In this document: one piece after another, positions 25,875-32,000 of the stretch
Position numbering within the stretch: the first letter of the stretch is position 1
Layout: each line of letters starts with the position of its first letter
Notes under the pieces: generated by a model
Databases searched by the model: none
Told to the model about the DNA's origin: nothing
Seen by the model: only the letters and a program-made list of their open reading frames with translations
Made by a program: the position numbers and the translations under genes
NCBI RefSeq assembly: GCF_041929205.1
Contig: NZ_JBHFNT010000101.1
DNA length: 32,000 nucleotides
Direction: 5' to 3' (one strand)
Origin: Floridaenema evergladense BLCC-F167
GTDB taxonomy: Bacteria > Cyanobacteriota > Cyanobacteriia > Cyanobacteriales > Aerosakkonemataceae

Positions 25875-26482
25875 TACGAACTGCTTCTTTTACTTCGTGT
25901 TCTTCGTGTCTTCGTGGTTTGTTTCCCTGTTGTTTGGTTGGGGAGTTTAGTAGTCGATCGCTTTTGTACTCTAGCTTTACCACTTTTGAGGCGTTTGATA
26001 GCTGAACCACTCCAATCAGATAAAGAATGGCTCATTGCTCCTAATTCTAATCCCACAAGTAAAGCGATTCCTTCAGCTTTATGTTGTGTTACAGAGGTTA
26101 AGGCTAATTTAGTGCTAGTTTTCCAATCAGTAGTTTCCACTCCCAACAAATCAGCAATTAAGATTACCATTCCGCCTAAGATGACGATCCAAAGGGTGAG
26201 GTAGAGCGATCGCAACGCCGTCCCAATAATCGGTCCATGTGATAAAAATGACCTATGGCGCAGACTTTTTTGATAAGGAATCCATATCCAGCGCAAAAAG
26301 CCCCAACGCTGGTATTGACGCGAGTAAATATCTAAATCTGGCCCAAACATCAGCCCGCCAAACAAAAAACCCCCGGAGACTAGCAAGGTGAGAGAACCAC
26401 TTTGGGTCTGTCCGAACGTCAGAACAGCCACTACAGGTAAAATCCATAAAGTTATGCGATCGTGCGTCCTACCACTTGGCAT
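25874..26482 (-). CDS. DUF2227-like putative metal-binding membrane protein with a basic C-terminal tail
   Basis: 202 aa. The N-terminus MPSGRTHDRITLW is characteristic of DUF2227. It has several TM helices and a tail of KARVQKRSTTKLPNQTTGKQTTKTRRTRSKRSSS. Confidence 0.55.
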   Translation of the reverse strand: MPSGRTHDRITLWILPVVAVLTFGQTQSGSLTLLVSGGFLFGGLMFGPDLDIYSRQYQRWGFLRWIWIPYQKSLRHRSFLSHGPIIGTALRSLYLTLWIVILGGMVILIADLLGVETTDWKTSTKLALTSVTQHKAEGIALLVGLELGAMSHSLSDWSGSAIKRLKSGKARVQKRSTTKLPNQTTGKQTTKTRRTRSKRSSS

Positions 26483-26523
26483 TTTTTTGAATGTCTGTTA
26501 TATTGGATAAGCGTGAGAAACAC

Positions 26524-26596
26524 GGGCGGTTAGCTCAGTTGGTAGAGCGCTTGCCTTACAAGCAAGATGTCACTGGTTCGAGTCCAGTACTGCCCA
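26524..26596 (+). tRNA. tRNA-Val (anticodon UAC)
   Basis: Hand-folded cloverleaf. Acceptor stem GGGCGGT/ACTGCCC (one G-U pair), D stem GCTC/GAGC, anticodon stem CTTGC/GCAAG with loop CTTACAA, T stem ACTGG/CCAGT with loop TTCGAGT, discriminator A. CCA is not encoded. Confidence 0.9.
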
Positions 26597-26614
26597 TACA
26601 ATACATGAAAAATA

Positions 26615-26649
26615 GGTACGGATTGGCACAAAAATCTGTACCTTTTTTT
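26615..26649 (+). terminator. Hairpin plus T7 run after the tRNA
   Basis: ggtacgg-...-ctgtacc followed by ttttttt. Confidence 0.5.
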
Positions 26650-26673
26650 ATATAGATTGAGTTTAAATGATTT

Positions 26674-26720
26674 AGTCCGCGAAGGCGGACTTCGTTTGTG
26701 TAGATGCGGTTTCAACCGCC
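26674..26720. repeat. Two short GC-rich hairpins typical of cyanobacterial dispersed repeats
   Basis: agtccgc-gaag-gcggact and gcggt-ttca-accgc, 14 nt apart. Confidence 0.5.
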
Positions 26721-26901
26721 CAATCTTCTCGTCTAACTCACAAGTTTTTTAATGGGGAGATTAGCGATCGCAATTTTCAATTAACTGCCAAATTAATTCT
26801 TAATAATTTCTGTAATTTATTCTGCGAGAGTGCGATCGAGTTGTCAAACGTTAAATGGATCGGCTAAAAATAAATTAAAATCTATCTTTGAGTAGTAACC
26901 G

Positions 26902-27330
26902 ATGGAACCTGTATCCTTGACGGCTGGCGCGATCGCATCTTTGGCTTTTGCCAAGGTATTTGAAACTACTATAGAAAAGTTTACAGAAAAGGCTTTGGAA
27001 AAAATCGATCGCCTGCGTGAGAAAATTTGGAATAAGTTGCGAGGTACAAAAGCAGAAAGCGCATTGGCGGAGGTTGAAAAAGGTTCAAAAGTAGATTTAG
27101 ATAAGGTTGCTCTTTATTTACAAGTGGTGATGACTGAAGAACCGGAGTTTGCTAAAGAAATAGAAACTCTGGCGAAAGAGATTCAGCAAGAAATTAATAT
27201 CGAAAATCAGAAAGGTCAAAATATTCAGAATGTTTATGGTGGAGAAGCTGAACAAAATAATGCAATTGGTACTAATGCGCCAGTGATTCAAGGTGGCAGC
27301 GGTCATAATATAACATTCAACCAATACTGA
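26902..27330 (+). CDS. N-terminal helical (HeLo/Bell-like?) module with a Q/N/G-rich tail; in frame with the downstream NB-ARC-TPR ORF
   Basis: 142 aa with a small-residue hydrophobic N-terminal helix (VSLTAGAIASLAFAKVF), then amphipathic helices, then NQKGQNIQNVYGGEAEQNNAIGTNAPVIQGGSGHNITFNQY. It ends at TGA 27328-27330, the same frame as 27466..29697. Confidence 0.6.
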   Translation: MEPVSLTAGAIASLAFAKVFETTIEKFTEKALEKIDRLREKIWNKLRGTKAESALAEVEKGSKVDLDKVALYLQVVMTEEPEFAKEIETLAKEIQQEINIENQKGQNIQNVYGGEAEQNNAIGTNAPVIQGGSGHNITFNQY

Positions 27331-27465
27331 CAGCGATCGTCGGGAAGGGAACCGATAAAGTTAAATCCCCCTTTTGAAAATATTCCTCCTAGTAATTCCA
27401 TCGCCTTTGTCGGAAGAGACAAACAACTAACAGAATTACACCAACTTTTACAAAAAAATAGCCAA

Positions 27466-29697
27466 GTGGTAATTGCGGCGATTAATGGGATGGGGGGAGT
27501 GGGGAAAACTGAGTTGGCGATTCAATATGCGACACAACATTTATTAGATTATCCCGGTGGGATTTGTTGGGTAAACGCGCAGGGACTTTTGGCGGGACTG
27601 CAAATTCTCAGATTTGCGGAAATTCAATTTAATATTGTTCCTCCTGATGATTGGGAATTAGCAGATAAGTTGCAGTATTGTTGGCAAAAATGGCAGCCGG
27701 GGAATGTGCTGTTTATTTTTGATGATGTGTTTAATTACAAACAACAAGTTAAACCTTTTTTGCCAAATCAATCTCGGTTTAAGGTGTTGCTGACGACGCG
27801 ATTTCAGTTTGATTCGACTTTGCAGCAGTTACGGTTGGATGTGCTGAAACCTTTGGCGGCGATGCGGTTATTAAAATCCATTGTTGGTAGAGAAAGACTG
27901 AAACAAGAACCAAAGATTGCCAGAAGTCTTTGTCAGTTTTTGGGATATTTGCCTTTGGCGTTGGAATTGGTGGGACGTTATCTCGATTTACAGCCGAATT
28001 TGTCTTTGGCTAGGTTGTTGCGGCGATTGGAAAAACAGCGATTAGAACATGCGGCTTTAATCGCGGCGAATCCTTTGATGCGGTATGAGTTTGGGGTGGA
28101 AGAGGCGATTAATTTAAGTTGGGAACAGTTGGATGAAAATGCGAAAAATGTCGGTTGTTATTTGAGTTTGTTTGCTTTGGCGGCGATTCCTTTTTCAACT
28201 GATGGGATAGAAGATGAAGATGAACAGGAAGCATGGGAAAAGGCGCTGCGGGATTTGCAACATTGGCATTTGCTTCAGGAAGTGCGTCAGGAAACCTATC
28301 GTTTACATCCTTTGATTCGGCAATTTTTGCAAAAGCGGTTGGATGAGTTGACTCAAGCAGAGGAAATGAAACGAAATTTTGCTGCACAAATCGTGGCAGT
28401 CGCAAAGCAAATTAAATATGACACTACTCGTGATGATATCATTAAGTTCAGCCCTTGGATTCCTCACTTGGAAGAATTGATGAATCTGGATAGCGATTTG
28501 ATTCAATATCTCAAAGATGAGGATATAATTAAGCCTTTCACAGGCTTAGGCTGGTTTTATGAAGGTCAAAGTTTCTATCAGCAGGCAGAAGTTTGGCTTC
28601 ATCAATGTGTAGAGGTGGCTAAACGAAGATTGGGTGAAAAACATAGCGATTTCTCCGACATCCTCAACAACTTAGCTAATCTTTACTGTTCCCAAGGACG
28701 ATACAGCGAAGCCGAACCATTATATAAGCAAGCTTTGGAAATCGATAGCCAAAGTTTGCAATCACATCATCTCCATTTAGCAAGACACCTCAACAACTTA
28801 GCCGCACTTTACTCTTCTCAAGGCCGTTACAGCGAAGCCGAACCATTATATAAGCAAGCTTTGGAAATCGATAGCCAAAGTTTGCCAGAAAATCATTCCC
28901 AGTTAGCTATTTACCTCAACAACTTAGCCAATCTTTACTATTTCCAAGGCCGGTACAGCGAAGCCGAACCATTATATAAGCAAGCTTTGGAAATCGATCG
29001 CCAGAGTTTGCCAGAAAATCATCCCAGTATAGCTACCCACCTCAACAACTTAGCCGGACTTTACGAATCCCAAGGCAGATACAGCGAAGCGGAACCATTA
29101 TATCTGCAAGCTTTGTCAATCCATCGCCAGAGTTTGCCAGAAAATCATCCCAGTTTAGCTACCCACCTCAACAACTTAGCCGGACTTTACGAATCCCAAG
29201 GCAGATACAGCGAAGCGGAACCATTATATCTGCAAGCTTTGTCAATCGATCGCCAGAGTTTGCCAGAAAATCATCCCGAATTAGCTGCCCACCTCAACAA
29301 CTTAGCCGAACTTTACCGTTCCCAAGGCAGATACAGCGAAGCGGAACCATTATATCTGCAAGCTTTGTCAATCGATCGCCAGAGTTTGCCAGAAAATCAT
29401 CCCAGTATAGCTACCCACCTCAACAACTTAGCCGAACTTTACCGTTCCCAAGGCAGATACAGCGAAGCGGAACCATTATATACAGAGTCATTAAACATTT
29501 GTGAATCCCAATTAGGAGTAGCTCATCGTGATACAATCACAGTTCGAGGAAATTATGCAGAGTTTTTGAGAGATTATGCAACCTTTTTGAAACAAAAGCT
29601 TGTTGAAAGTGGCGCTGATTTAGAAGTGTTGCAAAAGAACCCTTTGTTTTTGGAAATTATGAGGGAATTTCTCCCCGAAAATCTCCCAAATGAATAA
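27466..29697 (+). CDS. STAND NTPase: NB-ARC domain plus TPR array (NLR-like). Homology continues upstream to 27331 with no start codon
   Basis: Walker A GMGGVGKT, Walker B VLFIFDDV, KVLLTTR and the GYLPLALELVG (GLPLA) motif, followed by seven 42-aa TPR units. The codons at 27331-27465 read QRSSGREPIKLNPPFENIPPSNSIAFVGRDKQLTELHQLLQKNSQ. This is the usual pre-P-loop FVGRexEL helix, but it contains no ATG, GTG or TTG. Confidence 0.8.
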   Translation: MVIAAINGMGGVGKTELAIQYATQHLLDYPGGICWVNAQGLLAGLQILRFAEIQFNIVPPDDWELADKLQYCWQKWQPGNVLFIFDDVFNYKQQVKPFLPNQSRFKVLLTTRFQFDSTLQQLRLDVLKPLAAMRLLKSIVGRERLKQEPKIARSLCQFLGYLPLALELVGRYLDLQPNLSLARLLRRLEKQRLEHAALIAANPLMRYEFGVEEAINLSWEQLDENAKNVGCYLSLFALAAIPFSTDGIEDEDEQEAWEKALRDLQHWHLLQEVRQETYRLHPLIRQFLQKRLDELTQAEEMKRNFAAQIVAVAKQIKYDTTRDDIIKFSPWIPHLEELMNLDSDLIQYLKDEDIIKPFTGLGWFYEGQSFYQQAEVWLHQCVEVAKRRLGEKHSDFSDILNNLANLYCSQGRYSEAEPLYKQALEIDSQSLQSHHLHLARHLNNLAALYSSQGRYSEAEPLYKQALEIDSQSLPENHSQLAIYLNNLANLYYFQGRYSEAEPLYKQALEIDRQSLPENHPSIATHLNNLAGLYESQGRYSEAEPLYLQALSIHRQSLPENHPSLATHLNNLAGLYESQGRYSEAEPLYLQALSIDRQSLPENHPELAAHLNNLAELYRSQGRYSEAEPLYLQALSIDRQSLPENHPSIATHLNNLAELYRSQGRYSEAEPLYTESLNICESQLGVAHRDTITVRGNYAEFLRDYATFLKQKLVESGADLEVLQKNPLFLEIMREFLPENLPNE
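28663..29490 (+). repeat. Tandem 126-bp (42-aa) coding repeats, about 6.5 units, encoding the TPR array
   Basis: ctcaacaacttagc recurs at 28663, 28789, 28915, 29041, 29167, 29293 and 29419, with an exact 126-nt period. Adjacent units differ at only a handful of bases. Confidence 0.9.
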
Positions 29698-29731
29698 ACA
29701 AAATTGGCATAGCCCAATACTTTAACGTGAA

Positions 29732-29839
29732 TTATACAACAAACCAGTTCTCTACTTTCAAGTTTTGAAAATCGGCATAGTCTGAAACATTATTAGTTAC
29801 CAGCGTCAGATTATTTACCTGTGCAGTTGCGGCGATTGT
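29732..29839 (-). pseudogene. vapC (PIN toxin) 3' remnant
   Basis: Hand translation gives (stop)TIAATAQVNNLTLVTNNVSDYADFQNLKVENWFVV*. It matches the C-terminal PIN motif (iAAtA...l.LvT.N..DF). Confidence 0.5.
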
Positions 29840-29945
29840 TCATGGGTGGTTTGTCGGTAAACCAATCTACCTAAATTCATGTTATAGCAATCTATTATAT
29901 ATGCTGTATAATAAAAATTATCAATATTTTTTCAAAATTTAAGCT

Positions 29946-30158
29946 ATGTTTGCCATAGAATTCCAAGCCAATATTAAAAATGGATTTATCGAAATCCCCG
30001 AAGAATACAAACATCAATTTCAGCAAGAAAAAAGCATCAAAGTTATTCTGCTTAAAGATGAACAATCACCAAATCGAGATATGATAGCACACCTTCTCGA
30101 TCATCCCATTCAGGTGAATGAATTTACCCCAATGAAACGGGATGAAATTTATGAGTGA
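29946..30158 (+). CDS. Putative antitoxin of the adjacent PIN toxin
   Basis: 70 aa with the NGFIEIPEEYK motif (AbrB/SpoVT-like half-site). It overlaps the toxin gene start. Confidence 0.5.
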   Translation: MFAIEFQANIKNGFIEIPEEYKHQFQQEKSIKVILLKDEQSPNRDMIAHLLDHPIQVNEFTPMKRDEIYE

Positions 30159-30582
30159 AGCTACCAAATATTCTTGCTTTGTAGATTCTAACATCTGGCT
30201 TTATGCCATGATCAAAACCTCTGCACCAGATAGCAGACAAGCAAAAGCAAAATCTTTGCTATCCAGTCAAGAGGATGTAATAGTAATCAGTACGCAAATA
30301 GTAAATGAAGTTTGCGTCAATCTGATTAAGAAATCTCTGCTGGATGAACAGCAAATCGAAGACTTAATCAAATCTTTTTACAAAAAGTATCGTGTCATAG
30401 AGATAAATTTGCCCATATTGTTAAAAGCTTCTCAATTACGAAAACAATATAGTTTTTCATTTTGGGATAGTTTGATTGTGGCTAGTGCTTTGCACGCAGA
30501 TACTAAAATTATTTACTCTGAAGATATGCAAGATGGGTTAAAAGTTTTGGATAAAGTTGAAATAGTTAATCCCTTTAATTGA
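30142..30582 (+). CDS. PIN-domain toxin (VapC-like)
   Basis: 146 aa with acidic residues in the PIN positions: FVDSNIW, NEVCVNL, FWDSLIVASA and YSEDMQDG. Confidence 0.7.
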   Translation: MKFMSEATKYSCFVDSNIWLYAMIKTSAPDSRQAKAKSLLSSQEDVIVISTQIVNEVCVNLIKKSLLDEQQIEDLIKSFYKKYRVIEINLPILLKASQLRKQYSFSFWDSLIVASALHADTKIIYSEDMQDGLKVLDKVEIVNPFN

Positions 30583-30584
30583 TA

Positions 30585-30773
30585 TTAATTTAATTTATTT
30601 CCTCTTTCTTGACGACGACGGTTAAGAGAACTGTTTCTAATATGTGCTTCTGCACTAGCAATAGCTTCATCTAATGTCATATTTAGTGCATCAAACATCA
30701 AACAAACTTCCCGCAAACGCGCCACAGACTTTGCGCGTGTCTCAGCATCCGGTATTTTGGGATTTGTGTTCAT
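30585..30773 (-). CDS. Hypothetical small protein (62 aa)
   Basis: Tracked ORF 30585..30785. ATG 30773 is the likely start. It is the third gene of a tightly packed minus-strand trio, and I recognise no family. Confidence 0.35.
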   Translation of the reverse strand: MNTNPKIPDAETRAKSVARLREVCLMFDALNMTLDEAIASAEAHIRNSSLNRRRQERGNKLN

Positions 30774-30803
30774 GGTAAATTCCAATTTATTACCTACCTA
30801 ATT

Positions 30804-30974
30804 CTAATTCGTTTCACCGACTTTTTGTTTTGCAGCAGGGTTTTTTGGTAGGCGTTGTTCCCACTTTTTCGCTATTTTGTCGGCAAATTCTGCCATTTCT
30901 CTAGCTTTCTGTTCGGCAATTTCGATCTCTTTAAGAATTTCAGCTTGTCTCTTTGCGTTTGGTAACTGTTTCAC
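30804..30974 (-). CDS. Hypothetical small coiled-coil protein (56 aa), not in the ORF track
   Basis: The GTG at 30974-30972 overlaps the upstream gene's TGA (GTGA). It translates to VKQLPNAKRQAEILKEIEIAEQKAREMAEFADKIAKKWEQRLPKNPAAKQKVGETN*. Confidence 0.35.
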   Translation of the reverse strand: MKQLPNAKRQAEILKEIEIAEQKAREMAEFADKIAKKWEQRLPKNPAAKQKVGETN

Positions 30975-31318
30975 GGTAATTCCTCCAAAGTATTCATAAT
31001 ACGTCTGACACCCATTTTAGCTTCTATTACCCGACCTAGTTGTTCTCCCAAATCTTCGCCTGCTTCCTGAATTAACTCCTCTTTTATATCTTCTGGTTCA
31101 ATTGTTTCAATTGTAGCTTGTATCCGTCTTCTAGAGCTATCTATAAAAAATAGCACATTATTAAAGTAACTGAAATAGCCCATCAACAGATTGTTGTTTG
31201 GAAAAATAGACAATAAAGGTCTAACTCTGTTGAGTCCACTGATTAATTCTTGTTCGGTTTCGTTTAGTTCTTGATTCAGGCGATCGACTAGTTCTAATAT
31301 TTCTGAAGGAATCGTCAT
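30971..31318 (-). CDS. Hypothetical protein (115 aa)
   Basis: Tracked ORF, predicted helical, with no recognisable family. Confidence 0.4.
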   Translation of the reverse strand: MTIPSEILELVDRLNQELNETEQELISGLNRVRPLLSIFPNNNLLMGYFSYFNNVLFFIDSSRRRIQATIETIEPEDIKEELIQEAGEDLGEQLGRVIEAKMGVRRIMNTLEELP

Positions 31319-31423
31319 TGATAGGAAAAATTGTTAATTTATTATCATAAATATACTGTAAATAATGCTAAAATAAGCAAATATCCAAGAAACAATTGAA
31401 CTTTACCTTGAATCAACAGAACA

Positions 31424-31657
31424 ATGAAACTGCGACAAAACATAAATGCCTTTATCCGTCTTGGCGAACAGAAAGGCTATGTAGCTGAGTGCTTAGAAAT
31501 TTCTGTGGTAACACAGGGAGATACATTAGATGAAGTGGCAACAAATATCGTTGAAGCTGTTACTCTACATTTGGAAGATGAAGATCCGGCTGAATTTGGA
31601 TTAGTGGCTAAACCGACAATTATATTAACTTTTGAATTACAACCAGAATATGCCTAA
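31424..31657 (+). CDS. HicB-family antitoxin
   Basis: 77 aa. GYVAECLEISVVTQGDTLDEVATNIVEAVTLHLE is the HicB N-domain pattern. It overlaps the hicA start by 8 nt. Confidence 0.7.
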   Translation: MKLRQNINAFIRLGEQKGYVAECLEISVVTQGDTLDEVATNIVEAVTLHLEDEDPAEFGLVAKPTIILTFELQPEYA

Positions 31658-32000
31658 ACTCAAAATATTATCGGGTGCAGAAGTAGTTGATATTTTCGCT
31701 AATTTTGGCTTTCAGATACACAGCCAAAAAGGGAGTCACATCAAACTGCGTCGCCAAGGAATTGCGGAAAAGGAAACTCTTACACTACCTAATCATGCAG
31801 AGTTAGATACGGGAACTTGTAAAGCAATTTTCAGACAGGCAAGCAAATATATTCCAGAGTCAGCAGCAATTCTCATTTTGAAAGAAAATCAGAGAAAATT
31901 CCCTTACTTAAATAGAGAACTTCTGTCGAAGCATTGTTTTTTGACAGATAATTATCATCCGATGCTGAAGATAGACAGATTTTCAGAAATTTGTCCATAA
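31650..32000 (+). CDS. HicA-family mRNA-interferase toxin with a C-terminal extension
   Basis: Tracked ORF 31632..32000. ATG 31650 gives MPKLKILSGAEVVDIFANFGFQIHSQKGSHIKLRR...LTLPNHAELDTGTCKAIFRQASKYIPES, a complete HicA/YcfA pattern with the GSH motif. About 45 further codons follow before the TAA at the very end of the window. Confidence 0.7.
   Translation: MPKLKILSGAEVVDIFANFGFQIHSQKGSHIKLRRQGIAEKETLTLPNHAELDTGTCKAIFRQASKYIPESAAILILKENQRKFPYLNRELLSKHCFLTDNYHPMLKIDRFSEICP

Noticed and set aside
25437-26447. Tracked ORFs 25437..25637, 25789..26010, 25820..26005, 25914..26204 and 26253..26447
   Set aside because: They are alternative frames over the oxidoreductase and the DUF2227-like gene. 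The latter frame has the characteristic MPSGRTHD start and TM helices.
26530-26715. Tracked 61-aa minus-strand ORF
   Set aside because: It lies directly over the tRNA-Val gene and its terminator.
27328-27330. In-frame TGA considered as a selenocysteine codon
   Set aside because: I could identify no convincing stem-loop (bacterial SECIS) immediately downstream, a Sec at a domain linker has no rationale, and Sec use is not expected in this lineage. Nonsense mutation or read-through is more parsimonious.
27118-28506. Tracked minus-strand ORFs 27118..27324, 28109..28405 and 28303..28506
   Set aside because: They are antisense to the NLR-like gene.
28663-29490. Regular 126-bp repeats considered as a CRISPR-like array or satellite
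   Set aside because: There are no unique spacers. The period is a multiple of three, and the units translate into canonical TPR repeats inside a long ORF.

Overview
This window looks like chromosomal DNA from a cyanobacterium, probably Nostocales-like. The evidence is frequent HIP1 palindromes (GCGATCGC), heptanucleotide tandem repeats, small hairpin-rich MITE-like elements, and cyanobacterial housekeeping genes. About 45 coding regions are supportable, including several too short for the ORF track or missing from it.

Layout, left to right:
- 1-1237: an ankyrin-repeat gene, then a decayed toxin-antitoxin patch.
- 1256-4936: a ChlH/BchH-family chelatase large subunit with an in-frame heptamer repeat.
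- 5.1-6.5 kb: a thioredoxin-like lipoprotein plus CcdA thiol-redox pair.
- 6.9-11.7 kb: a stress-type block with an SDR, three hemerythrin-domain genes (two are tandem paralogs) and a DUF2231-like membrane protein.
- 11.8-14.9 kb: small housekeeping or unknown genes, including a GST and an SRAP/YedK peptidase.
- 14961-22974, minus strand: an eight-gene lasso-peptide (RiPP) cluster.
- 23.2-26.6 kb: a conserved DUF2997-DUF1257-ferredoxin trio, an oxidoreductase, a DUF2227-like protein and tRNA-Val(UAC).
- 26.9-32 kb: an accessory region with an NLR-like gene, a vapC remnant, an intact vapBC-like pair, three small unknown genes and a hicBA pair.

Two systems stand out.
1. The lasso cluster has split B1/B2, a cyclase and an ABC exporter. 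It carries an unusual tailoring set: an HprK-like kinase, a PRMT-like methyltransferase and an NTP_transf_5 nucleotidyltransferase. I found an untracked 54-aa precursor ORF with a textbook leader motif. Its core has its only acidic residue at position 10 and lacks bulky plug residues.
2. The NLR-like gene (N-terminal helical domain, NB-ARC, TPR) is split by a single in-frame TGA. Its TPR domain is built from near-identical 126-bp repeats.

All family assignments come from reading motifs by eye. No database search was run.
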